From Camelus dromedarius (lineage: Eukaryota), in contig NC_087437.1 in the NCBI RefSeq assembly GCF_036321535.1, positions 118,422,001-118,486,000 of the forward strand: DNA of 64,000 nt. The letters run 5' to 3'. A program made the position numbers and the translations under genes. Below, one piece after another: positions 22,980-35,100 of this stretch (positions are counted from its first letter, which is position 1; every line of letters begins with the position of its first letter). The notes under the pieces are model-generated. The model was given only the letters and a program-made list of their open reading frames with translations, did not search any database and was not told the origin of the DNA.

Positions 22980-24840
22980 CCCAGACTGTTATACTTTTGC
23001 TTTTTTATTGCCAATGTTAATAGTTTAATACATTTTGTTCTATAACCATTATTGCGATTAGTCTCTAGGTTGGTTCTAAAAGGTAAAAATCAGTAACATC
23101 AAAATAATAGTGTAATTAAATTCTCCTTCTATAAGCCTTTTATTTTTCCTATAGTACTTAATTATCTCTCTATCCATCTACCTACCTTGTCATGTCTGCT
23201 TTTATCAGATATGTACCATCATTCAGTGCCTCAAGGACATTTTCATATATATAGAATCCTTTATGTTCCATTCACATGTCATTACTGAGTCTTTTTGCTC
23301 TAGACTAATCTCTCTCTAAGTTTTGTTGCAGAGTTGTCATTTCAGGTAGAATCTATTCTTCCTGGACCTTAAGTTTTCCTTTTTTGGTTTACTCCCTTGT
23401 TTTGTTGGAGCACATCCTCGAATAGCATTGTCACAAAGTTTGGCTTGGAAGTAAAACTTCTGGGTTCTCGCGTAATTTGTCTTCACACTTCGTTGATAAG
23501 TTTATTGCATGTAGAATTCTAGGCTGTAAATCACTTGTCTCAGAACTCAGAAGACATTCCTCCCTGTCTTGGGACATTAATCTTGTAAGAATTTCACAGG
23601 CAGTCTGACTCTGAGCCTTTGTAGGTGAACATTTCTTACTCTCTGGAGGCTTTCAGAATCTTCTATTAATTAGTAAATTTTGAACGTTTGTAAAAATGTG
23701 CCTCAGTGTCTTCTTTCTCATACGTTGTGCTAGGATCAGAGGACCATTTCAGTCCAAGGACAGGACATACCTTCTTCAGTTCTAGGAAATGATTGTCTAG
23801 TATTCCTTCAATGACACTTCTCTTAACGGAAACACTCTCGTCTGCAGCCCTTTTAATCTGTCTTTGTTGTCACTTAGGTGCTTGCACGTATTTCTGTCCC
23901 TTTGTTTTTTCTGTTTTTGTCCCATTTTAGAAGAGATTTCCTTGTTAAACCTTCTGTTGAATTTTGTACTTTGAAGCTCTTTTTTTTTTTTTAACTCAAC
24001 AGAAGACCCTTCTTGTTCTCCAATTGTCTTTTTTTTTTTTAATCCTGTTTATGTGTTATGGATTTTATATCTTTCTCAAATTTCTCCAGGGACACCAATT
24101 AGAATTTTTTAAAGTACACTTTTATTCCTTGAACTGTGTTTCTTCTGGGACATGTTCCTCTGCTTGCTTGTCTTTGCCTTTCTCTGTTACGCTGCTGACT
24201 CTCTTCAAACATCCGTGCGCCCCCGTCGTCTGTTCATATTTTAAAACACTGCGATGGCAGAGCCATGAGCCCTGTGTCTGTAACAAGGCCCCTCCTACGG
24301 AAGGTTTCACCCAGCCTGAGCGGGATGGAGACAGGCGGCAGCAGGGGGGCTCAGATGCGCTGCCTTGGGGCGCCCGTCTGCTGCTTTTTCTCAGACAATT
24401 GGTTCAATTTCTTTAGTGAAGAATCCTTTGTCTTTTTGCCTGAGGGGTAAACATCTGCCTAGTGGCTGTTCTGTCCTCAAAGAGTAGGAAGGGGTTTGCC
24501 AGGGCTCAGCTCTTGGTTCACCCTCCCTGTCTCACCCCCACCCTGCCCTCCGTGGGGTGCTGCCGGGCACAGGGAGAGGTGTGTAGTTGGCGTCTCCTAG
24601 TTACAGTCCTCTGGACCTTCGTCCCCTGATTTCTCAGTCACTAGTACTTCACCTGCTTTTGTCTTCAGGAAGCGTACAGAAAGCTGTCAGTCAGTGATGG
24701 TTTCCCTCCGACCCTCATTAGGACTATAAGTAATTCATTTTTCATTCCTTAACCCTCTTTTGAATAGGATTTTTTGACGAAGAGAAAAGAAATATATGTG
24801 CTCAGCCTCTCATTCAAGTGGAAGCCACTTTTTGAAGTAA
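22980..24840 (-). mobile_element. HAL1 / ancient L1 ORF1-region fossil
   Basis: Long T-rich tract with reverse ORF1-type motifs (gtagaattctaggctgtaaat, cagtctgactctgagcctttgtaggtga, ctctctggaggctttcagaatcttct). Boundaries approximate. Confidence 0.6.
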
Positions 24841-26026
24841 TCAACTCCCCCCAAAGGCATGAGATGCAGTTAATTACTCAAAAAATCAAGTACAATAAGG
24901 AGCTTACACTCGAGGACATTTTCTTGGGTTTCCACTTCCTTCAGTATGTGGTGCTGGACTAAAAGAGGGGCCTTACTGAACAGCAGGTCTGGGGGCTTGG
25001 TCCCTGCCCGCAGGAGTTTAGATTCTATTACTAGTGACAGAGATTTATCAACTTCCTCCCACTGTACATTTAACTGTACACTGGTTTTACAGTGACCAAA
25101 CATACCTGAGTGCACCTAGGTATGGTTTTTCAGTGCAGTCTTCTAAATTGGCTGCAAAACTAGGTGTGAGTGACCAGGAGGGGGGGAAAAACAGAATAGA
25201 AAAGAGAGAGGGGTGATATTCCAGACGATGAGGTCAGTACAACGGTGAGCTTTCTGCAACACTTCCCCAAAAGAAGGTGAATTCCACTCCTCCTGGGTTT
25301 GCCAAAGCATAGCAACCTCTCCGGGCTGCCCTGGCTCTGCTCCCAGGGCTGGAGAGCCAGGAGCCCCCACTTCCTGCCCGTTCACAGGGACGCTGGGAAG
25401 GTTACTCAAAGCCTGAGCGGCTGTAATGGCTTCCCTAAGAGGGTAGCATCCTTGGGTCTGCGGAGAATTTTGCAGCTTTTCTTTATGCATTTTTAATCAA
25501 TTCTAAGCTACTTACAAATATGTGCAATTACTTTCTGCACTTCGCTTTGTAATAAGATTTAATGACTCTGCTACAATTCTCTGGGTGAACATCGATAATC
25601 TGGCTCTGTGATTTAAAATTTAGCTGTAGAGGAGGGTATAAACCGAGATGAAGGCATTTTTAGTTTGGGGTTTTTTTTTTTCTTTTTAAAAGAAATCAGA
25701 AGTTGAAATTATTTTAGCTTTCAAAATATCCCCAATAGGAGAGAACAGAACATCTCATTTATTTGCTACATAGTATCTGATTAAAGGAAAGGGGCGGGGG
25801 AAGCCCTGGAAACATAAGCCCTCTTTCTTTAAAACATTTTACAGATTATTTTAAACAGAGAGGCCCAGAGGCGCCCAGAGAGGTCATCCAGTCCCTTTGC
25901 AGGATTTAGATATGGAACATCCTCCAAGCGTCCTTGACAGAGAGAACGTCCCCCAACTCTCTGATTACCAGGAGGACCACCTGTCTCCACCATCCAGGTG
26001 TATACTGAGCAAGTTGTTCCATAATG

Positions 26027-26200
26027 AATAATAATAAATTCGGCTAATATCTACCAAGTGTGTGGTCTGTGCCAGCCACAGATGACAGGGCCAAATATCC
26101 TTCCAAAGCCCAATGAGCGAGACGTTATTGTCACCCCCATCATGGATGAAGACATGGAGGCTCAAGTAAGATGAAGGAACATTCTCCAGGGAGCTGCAGC
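26027..26200 (-). mobile_element. MIR SINE
   Basis: aataataataa...ctaatatctaccaagtg...ttattgtcacccccatcatggatgaagacatggaggctca. Confidence 0.6.
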
Positions 26201-28253
26201 ACCCACGTTGATTGAGAAGAGGCCGTGGACACACAGCATCCTACAAGGAGTTGCTACAAGCCCTTCGTCCTAACTTCCTGCAGACAGCTGCGCCCCTCAG
26301 ACCCCAGGGCTGGTGCCGGCGGGCTCTCCTCTCGCTGTTCATGTAAAGTACGTGAACGCAAAAGTCACCCAAGAGATTAGGCTCACCTCACCACTGGCCA
26401 CCCCATCGAGTGGCCTCCCCCTGCCCAGAGCTCTAAGAGGCCGTGTGGCCCGCCTGGGAAAGGAGGATCGGGGCAGAAGGCCAGGGCCCAGCTGTCACCG
26501 TCCAGTTGCCATGCAACCAGGCAACCTGTCTGGGACTCATGCTCTTTAGAAACAAAGCAGGGTGAGTGAGCTCCCATCAAAGATCCCCCACCCGCTCCAC
26601 CACAGGTGAGCTTGCTTCACTGTCATTTGCTGAGAGTTAATTACCTGATGAGAACTCAAGATAAGTAAGAGAAAGTTTCTGAGTTTCTCAGTGTGCCGTG
26701 GGAGCCCTGTGACAGAAGACTCAGGCCCAGAGCGCCTTCTCAGCGGTGCCCTGAAAGAAGGCAGATTTCTGGCTTTACTGCAGAATGTTCTGCGGCGAGG
26801 GATTCCTTCTTCCTACGCTGGGAGGAAAATTGGAGCTACTTCTCAGTGACGGTGCAGATAAAGCATGGGATCCAAGGCAAGTTAAACTAATGGGCTCTGC
26901 TTGGGGTCACGAGCTGCTGTGCACATTCTAGCCCCCGCCCCTCTCTGGTCCCGGACGTTATCGAGTCCCTGCCCGTGACTTACAGCCTGCCTCTCACTAT
27001 GGCCGTTTTCAGGACGGACTCCTAAAAGATGATGAGAACTGCCTGAGTTCCCAACTGGAAACACCCAAGCAAGCCTCCTTCCTCCCAGGCAGCCCCCGGA
27101 TCTCCGAGCATCCTGCATGAAGAGCAGCCCTGGAACCTGGACAATTTGCGGTTTTTAAAATAATCAAGAGCATTTTCTAAATTTTTTTTTCCTACAAGGG
27201 AGGTACAATTTCATGTAATTGACGATTTTGTTCTAGGTTGTTGAACTTCGAATTTGAATAATTTCATTTTTCTCTTTTCAGACGTGGAACACGGGGATTT
27301 AGATCTAGAGTGGTTTTTAATAAAAAGGAGCAGGTGGAAAGTTGGATGAAATGGTTGTGGAAAGATTCTGGTTCTTCTTTTGTAGCTGGCGAGGCAGAAA
27401 GTAACGCCGAGGGACTGTACCGCCAAGAGGAGAGGAGAGGCTGTGAGAGTCGGAACAGGAGGAGCCGGGCTCAGACGCCCCCGCCGGCCCTGCGGGCCCG
27501 CACGTGCCCGGGACGCCTTCTGCGGGCAGGGCGGGGAGGACGAGCACTTTCGTGGGAGAGGGCTGCCCCAGCTGCAAGGCAGGTCTGAGTGTGGACAGGG
27601 AGGGGACACTTCTGGAAGAGGGAGAGGTGGGTTTTAGTACACCCTCCCCTCAGTGGACTGAGCACCCCAAATGACACACAGAGAAGTTAAAACCCAAAGG
27701 ACATGGCAGAGAAGGTGGAGCGGGAAACAGGGGCCCCGGCCAACCCAGACAAAAATACAGGCAGTGGGGGATCAGCGTAGCCTGCTGAGCTGAGGGATCT
27801 ATTTGCAGGAAGCGCATTTTCCACAATCAACAATCCACCAGAAAGCACAGCCTCGCAGACAATTTCCCCTGCTCTGTGAGCGCCCGTCCACCAAGCGCAC
27901 ACTTTCCAGTCCCCTTAAGGGGGTTGGAGTTTCAATTACTATGATCAAAAGGAAACCATCTACTTAGAAAAGTAACTCATGCAGAACATTTGCTCAGTAC
28001 ATTTGGGCACTAAGTATGTCCTAAAAGGTGGTCACGAGGCAGAAGTCTTCTGCAAAAGGCCTCCACTGAGCTTTTAGAACAGTGTCCTTGCTCGGAATGG
28101 CAAAAATACAAAATCAAGAAGTGTCCTCTCCCCTTCCAAAATGTGATCGCTGAAACCAGTAACATAGACTCATTCAGGCATCTTGCAGGGTCTCTCCCAC
28201 TTTGAAGATTTGGCAATTGGTTTCTCTTGGAGAAAAAAGAAATACTGGCTTTA

Positions 28254-28446
28254 AAAAACAAACAAATTTCTTCTGTACAGCACAGGGAACTATATTCAAT
28301 ATCTTGTAATAACCTTTAATGAAAAAGAATATGAAAACGAATATATGTATGTATATACATGACCAAGAGATGTTGTGCTGCACACCAGAAACTGACACAT
28401 TATAACCGACTATAGTTCGATAAAAAGAAATAAAAAATAAATTAAA
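28254..28446 (+). mobile_element. Short L1 3' UTR fragment
   Basis: L1 3' UTR with A-rich tail. Perfect 14-bp TSD aaatactggcttta at 28240-28253 and 28447-28460. Confidence 0.93.
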
Positions 28447-28594
28447 AAATACTGGCTTTACCAGGAAATTTGTGCAAAAGAACTAATATTTATTGAATTT
28501 TCCTAGACTTTGAACCTCAAGAATGCCTGCAACCAACCTGCCCAGGCAGTACCTCAGCCCAACAGCCTGAGACTCTCTCAGTCCGACACTGACA

Positions 28595-28738
28595 TCTAGT
28601 TGATTCTCTTGATAATACAGTGATGGAGGCGCTGTCCTCGCTCCTGTCCTCAGTGAGGAAACTGAGGCAGGTAACGGGAAGTGTCTAAAGACATAGCGCT
28701 AGTAAATCGGAGAATCTGAACTCAAGCCCAGGCTTCTA
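28595..28738 (-). mobile_element. MIR SINE fragment
   Basis: MIR core cagtgaggaaactgaggcag...ctagtaaat...gaactcaagcccagg. Confidence 0.65.
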
Positions 28739-28769
28739 AAGCAAAAAATGATTTAAAAATACATTTAAA

Positions 28770-29210
28770 AAATATTTACTGTTTACCATAACATCAAGAA
28801 AATCAGATACCTAAGAGTAAATCTAGCAAAATCTGTGCAAGATCACTATAGTGAAAGCTGAAATACAGACATTAAAGACTTACATAAGCGGAGAAGTGCG
28901 CCGCGCTCACAGATGGGAAAGCGCAATAGTGCCGCGCGTCTGTTCTCCCCAGAGTCTGATCCAGAGAGTCGACGTAACACCAATCGAAATCCTAGCAGGT
29001 TTTTTTTGTTGGTGGTGGAAATGGACAAAATGGCTCTAAAAGGCACGTGGGCGTGCAGAGGACCCGGACAGTCCGGACGGTGTGGAAGATCCACGTGGGG
29101 GGCTTGCTCCACTAGATTTCAAGACTTACTACAAACATTCATTCACTGGGACACTGTGGTTCTAGGAGAGACAAACAGACAGAAGCAGAACAGAGCGGCC
29201 CCACACAGAT
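28770..29210 (+). mobile_element. Ancient L1 ORF2 fragment
   Basis: atacctaagagtaaatctagcaaaatctgtgcaagat...ccaatcgaaatcctagcaggttttttt...gatttcaagacttactacaaa are ORF2 RT/post-RT motifs. Confidence 0.75.
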
Positions 29211-30381
29211 GCGCCGGAAAACGTGCCTTTTCTTGGTTCCACCTCCTCCTCTCAGAGGTGGCAGAGGAGTGCCTGGCCGAATGCAGTTTCCCCGTCTTAC
29301 AAAACTCACCTCTCTCCCAACACACCCAGCACAGGGCCCTGAAAATAGCAGGCACTGTATAAGCACTTGCTGTTTTCTTCCCTGCTTCAACAGCACATCT
29401 TGAACCTGGAGACACTGTCCTCTGTGTCTGTCCCTGTGCTGCCAAGCAGAACGCCTCCCTAGAACCGAATCCTGCGTGGAACTGGCTGCTTACTCCTTCC
29501 ATTTATGCATTCTGAGTTAACTCCACAGTCTTTTTGAAAGCACCCATTACGTACCAGGTGCTTTGCTAGACGCATGTGATTGTGATTCCTCGTGGGTTTA
29601 CAAGCTCTTTCAAACTCCTTGAGTTACTGTCCTCCAGTTGATCCTTGTGATGACCCTGCCGGATGGACGTTTTTCTCGCATTCCTTGCTGTGCCCATAAG
29701 GGAGCTGAGCGTTGGAGAGAAGGTGTGATTAGTCCACCGTCACACCGCTGCTCTGCAGGGTGTGAACCACGAGGTGAGCGTTCATTATCCCCGCGTCAGC
29801 CCAGACCCCGCCCCACACCCCTGAGGCGCCACCAGGCGTCTGGGGGAGGGGCAGCTCTTGCCACATCTTTGCCTTCCCCATGAGAAGCCTGCACTTCTGT
29901 GGCTGACCCTCCCCACGTCATCACACCACTTAAGCTTCTGACTGGCCACAGATAATTTTTATACCTGGGGACAAGATCTAGGGGAAAAAAACGTCAGGGG
30001 CAATGTCCACACTACAGCAGTCCTGTGAGCACAGGCAGCTTGGAGACAGCAGCGTGCGAGCAGGTGCAGGTCAGTGTGAACGCCTTGGGAGCCGTCTCCG
30101 GAAAGTCTCCGCACTTGGGCTGAAGGAAAAGCCACACGCTCCAGGGTTTCTCTTTCTAAACCACCTGCAGCCACAGGTAGGAATGGACCTTTCTGAGAGC
30201 AGAGCACTGTGGTTTCCAAGGTAATCCTTGTGCTGAGAAGGATCTGTAACTAGACACTTGAAACGTCTTCATTCTGTTTCCAGAGCTACTGACAACCAAC
30301 CAAGCTCCCCTACGTAGGTTGAAATTCCATAAGCTATGTGACAGAGAATAGTTCTAAACATCTGATAGCTACCTATTGGCA

Positions 30382-30714
30382 CAGTCGTCCCTCAGGATCC
30401 ACAGGGAAGTGGTTCCATGACCCCAGGATGCTAAAATCCAGGGATGCTCAAGTCCCTTATAGAAAATGGTATTATATTGGCATATAACCTACCCACATCT
30501 TCCCGGATACTTTAAATGAACTCTGCATTATTTATAATAATACAACGTGAATGCTGAGTAAGTAGTTGTAAATACAATGTAAATACTATGTAAATAGTTG
30601 CCAGGGAGGGACAAATTCAAGTTTTGCTTTTTGGAACTTTTTTTCCCCATAATTGTCAGTCTGAGGTTGGTTATATCCTGGGATGCCACAGCCATGGATA
30701 CAGAGCACTGACTA
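30382..30714 (+). mobile_element. TcMar-Tigger MITE, MER2B-like
   Basis: Degenerate terminal inverted repeats cagtcgtccctcaggatccac / ccatggatacagagcactgacta. Internal gatgctcaagtcccttata and caaattcaagttttgctttttggaac. Confidence 0.85.
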
Positions 30715-30748
30715 TATACTTTACTGAAGATTTCAAAATGACTTGGCA

Positions 30749-31162
30749 CATGGATGGACAGAGAGATTATCGTATTGAATGAAGTGAGTCAGACAGAGAA
30801 AGAAATATTATATGCTATGACTTATATGTGGAATCAAAAAGAAGATACAAATTCTATTTACAAACTAAAAACAGACTCACCAACATAGAAAACAAACTAT
30901 GGTTACCAAAGGGGAAAGGGCGGGGAGGAATAAATCAGGGGGTGGGGGTTTACAGACACATTACTGTATATAAAGTAGACAAACAACAAGGACCTACTGG
31001 ACAGCACAGGGAACTACATTGAATTTCTTATAATCCCATATAATGGAAAAGAATCTGCAAGGAAAATACATATATGTATGTATATGTATAACTGAATCGC
31101 TTTGCTGTACACCTGAAACCAACATTGTAAATCAACTACACTTCAATAAAGTTTTTTTTCAA
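30749..31162 (+). mobile_element. 5'-truncated L1 (ORF2 end + 3' UTR)
   Basis: catggatggac...gtcagacagagaaaga...tgtaaatcaactacacttcaataaa. TSD aaaatgacttggca (30735-30748) vs aaaatgacttgaca (31163-31176). Confidence 0.92.
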
Positions 31163-32410
31163 AAAATGACTTGACAAAAACGAGAAGTACTGTTGACAAG
31201 TTAAATATTGAGCGCAAGCTGCTAAGCAGAAAATGCCGTTCCTGTGACTCCATGGAAACTCGTTTAATGAAACAGAGCAGCTTTCACATTTGGGTAAAAT
31301 GAAGAAAAGCAAGATCGTATTCATGGGAATTACCCTTTACTCCAAAAGACAATACCTTACAGGGTCGCCCGGCTCTTATGCCGCTTCGGGTGCATCGCAG
31401 GTGAACTGTTCGCCCTCCTGCCCCTCGGAAGCACTGAGGAGCTCGATCACCCCGTTTATCTTGATCCCCAGCATCTGCAGGCATCGTGGCAGGAGTCTGC
31501 AGACGCTGCCAAGTGGAGGTGGCGCAGTTTTCAAGCCTGATTCCGTCGTAAGCCCGTATTTTGAATTATTGAACACCTTCCAACACATTTACCTTGAGAC
31601 AATACATTTTTAAAGTCTGGTACTTCTCCTAAAGGAAACTTTTCCAAAGTAAATTTAGACAAGAAAAAACTTGATGAAGGTGATCTAACCACGTTGTGTT
31701 TTAACTCAGGCACCCCAGATCCTGTACACATCTGTGTGTATTTGTACCAAGGAGGCGAACGCTGGATTCACTGCTCGTAGCATGTCATTATTGTCCAGCA
31801 CGTGCTTGTCTCATGACAAGAAATGTCTGGAGGACAGTGAGCAGGGCCTAGGAGACACGTCACATCTTGTTAGGATGGGTTGATACGGAAGGATGGAATC
31901 CAAGTTGAGACGGGCCTGGTGGGTCACACACGGGACACAAGCTCTGTTCCTTGGTGGGCAGACTATTAGGGAAACCAAGACTCGCCAATTTTGGAGAATT
32001 CTTATTCAACTCACTAGATTTTCCTCTTTGAACAGCCCCAGATCTGATGGTGAAAGCTTTTAGAATGGTGGATGTACAGACAAGAATTTTGGTATCGCGC
32101 GTGGAGGGCTATTTCGCTCAGAGCTGTATCTGAGGCGACCTGCGAAACCGACCAAGGTAAAGTGGCAGGCGAGGCTTTGCGCGGCCCCCGCTCGTGTCCG
32201 GTGGCCGTGTTACTGCGGCAGTGATGCCCGGGAGTGTCCAGGAAACGGCAAAGGACCCGCAGCCCCAAGTCTTTCCCCCAAAATCTGGCTCAGTGACTCC
32301 TGGCACGGTGGCTTCAAACCACACTGCCTCCGCACCTCCCCCTGCTGCCTCCTCCTGTCCCGCTTCCCCAACAGCAAACCCTAAGCTCAGGGAGACACTG
32401 ACCATCAACG

Positions 32411-32838
32411 TGTGCAGAGGGCAGAAATGCATCTCCCCAAGGAGCTGAAGTCCTAGCCCTTTGGTGTCTGTGAATGTGACCTTATTCGGAAATAGAGTCT
32501 TGCAGATGTAATAGAGTCAAGGGGAGCCAAGTAAATCCAAGGACTGGTGTCCTTATAAGAGGCAAATTTGGACACAGACACAGAGGGAGGAGGATGTGAA
32601 GACATCCAGGGAGAATGCCCTGTGGTTGAGGTGATGCACCCGCAAGCAAGGAACGCCAGCTGCCACCAGCCACAAGGGAGACAGAGGCAGGAAGCCTCCT
32701 CCCCTGGAGCCTCCAGAGGGAACATGGCCCTGCCGACACCTTGACGATGCACTTCTGGCCTGACCTGTAGAAGAATAAATGTCTGTTGCCTAGGGAATCC
32801 AGCTCATGGCAATCTGTTACGCCCTAGGGACTCAAGCA
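32411..32838 (+). mobile_element. MaLR solo LTR (MLT1B/C-like)
   Basis: gtgaatgtgaccttattcggaaatagagtcttgcagatgtaat, actggtgtccttataagagg, gagcctccagagggaacatggccctgccgacaccttga, polyA signal aataaa. Confidence 0.88.
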
Positions 32839-33173
32839 ACGTGTAGACCATGATACAGCAGCAGGTGGCATTTGCTCAGTAAAGACGGCACGACCTTATT
32901 CGGAAGTTCTTCCTTTCTAATGGCAAAGTTCCTTCCGGTCCTGCCCCCAGGTCACCCTTCAACTTTGCTTTGGTTTCCTCCCCGGTGTATTGGAAATAAC
33001 AGTCCTCACCCCACAGCTGACAGGCATCATTCAGTGAGAAAGTGTAAGAGTGTGATGGATACGGTAGCACGTCTCTCCTCCTCATCACTGGATCCCTGCA
33101 TAAAAGTCTGGTCAGGATTTTAAATGTTTGCCAATGATCCTAGAATCTGCTGCTTTTTTTTAAATTTGGTTGT

Positions 33174-33725
33174 TGTGATGGTTAATTTTGTATGTCAGTT
33201 TGACTGGATCATGGTCTGTCCAGATGTTTGATCAAACATTATTCTGAGTGTGTCTGTGAGAGTGTTTTTTTGGGTGAGATCCACATTTGAATCAGGAGCC
33301 TGAGTGAAGCCCTCCCTCATGTGGGTGAGCCTCGTCCGACCAGTGGAGCGCCTGCACGAAACACAGGCTGACCTTCCCCCGAGAAAGAGGAGTCTCCCGC
33401 CTCACTGCTTCCAGATTGAAACATGGGCCCTTCCTGGTTCTACAGCAGTGTCCAGCCTTCAGACTCAAACGGGGACATTGGCTCTACAGATTTGGGACTT
33501 GCCAGTCTCCATAATCACAGATGCAAATTCCTTATAATAAAGCTCTTAATGATAGATGATTGATTGCTAGATAGATGGGTAGATAGATAAACAGACAGAC
33601 AGATTAGATGATGGATAAATAGGTAGACGCATGCATAGGTAGACAGACAGACAGATACACACAGAGAGAGACAGAGATCGGTATCCCCGGTCGGTCTGTT
33701 TCTCTGGAGAACCCTGACTGGTGCA
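33174..33725 (+). mobile_element. ERVL solo LTR (MLT2 family) with internal GATA/GACA tract
   Basis: tgtgatggttaattttgtatgtcagtttgactgg...ttgggacttgccagtctccataatcac...tctgtttctctggagaaccctgact. Confidence 0.9.
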
Positions 33726-34953
33726 GCCCTGAGCACCAGGCTAACCCCTACAATCTGAGGACACGTTTGTACTTCCCACCAACATCATTTGCGGAGCACC
33801 TGCTATGTCAAGGGTACCCAGGAGACAAGTATGAACAAGCCAAGGCCCACCTTCACGATGCTCTGCCCCTCCTTCTGGGTTGTAAAGAGTCCCTCTGCAG
33901 CACCAAGCACGGACGTCAGCAACAATGTGTTAGAACTGGACGAGGCTCAAAAGTGCGGTGCCATTCCCCCACCATCCTAAAGTGAGGGGCCAGCACCTAT
34001 GGGGCCTCGAAAGGGAGGCTGCAAGTGCATTTTCCACTCTTAACCCAAAACTCTGCCCCACAGAACTTCTTTGGGGAGAGGCTGTGCAATATCTGTGTTG
34101 GTTTTCCTACCTCGCCCCCCATGAAGAAGGGGTGGGGGGCTGTGCTGTCTGACCGCTCCAGTGTCCAGTGGAGGGTTCCCAGGGGGCCTCTCAGAGATCT
34201 TATCAGGTGTCCCTTGGAACTGAGGGATCCAGACGGCCCAGTGTCTGGGAACCGGGAGGTGTGCGGGTGAGAGGCTACAGCTGGGCTCTGGTGCCGAACA
34301 CACAGTGGTGGCCGCTGCGGGAGCCAATTACACTTCTGTCAAAGAGGGTAGGATATGCTTCCTCTCAGGTCTCCTCTTAGGGACCCTCCCCCTGGAGTGG
34401 CGGCGACATGGATCTGAAAGCAGGTGCTTACACAGGAGGTGATTGCAGGGAGTACCTGTAAGAGAGCCAGGAAGCTCGGGAAGGAAGCCAATGAGCAGGG
34501 CGTATCAGACAGCTTATTTTGTAAGCACCTGGGGCTCGCGCCTGCTGGGGACCCTCAGAAAGACTGCCCACCGGAGGGGGGATGAGGCTGGAGCATCTGT
34601 CATCCCGCCCCCCTGGGATGGGGCCACAGGTATTCCCAAGACGGCGAGGGTCCAGGGGTAGAGTCGGGGCACTGAGCGTCAGCTGCGGCACCTTTGGAAG
34701 TGACCTGTCCCAAAGGGCCTCCAACGGGGGTGAGACAAACTCACAGAAAGAGGTGCTGGGCCCGTGGGCGCAGAAGCTGAAGGGAGAGGTTCCTGAGTGA
34801 GGAGCCCCCACAGGGCAGGATCAGAACGTGGAGGTCCCAGAGGAAAGTCAGAGGACCCTTCAAGGGGAGGTTTAGCCATGACCACGAGTGAGGCCCAGGG
34901 AGCACCAAACCATCTCTCAACCTCTCCCCACTGCGCTGTCTCAGCTCTAACCC

Positions 34954-35100
34954 TGGACACAGACACAGAGGGAGGACAATGTGACGACATCCAGGGAGAG
35001 TGCCATGCGGTTGAGGTGACACACCCACAAGGCCAGGGATGTGGGGTGGGAGGGTGGGGGTCACAGAAGACCAGAGGGGCAACAGGAAAGATTGTCTCAA
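34954..35100 (+). mobile_element. MLT1 LTR internal fragment
   Basis: The first 78 bp are 69/78 identical to 32569-32646 of the MLT1 LTR upstream. Confidence 0.7.

Noticed and set aside
31284..31731. Overlapping ORFs with CpGs and minus-strand donor-like sites
   Set aside because: No frame resembles a known protein and I could not build a coherent acceptor-donor exon.
33545..33680. GATA/GACA array
   Set aside because: Simple-repeat expansion near the 3' end is a common feature of MLT2 LTRs.
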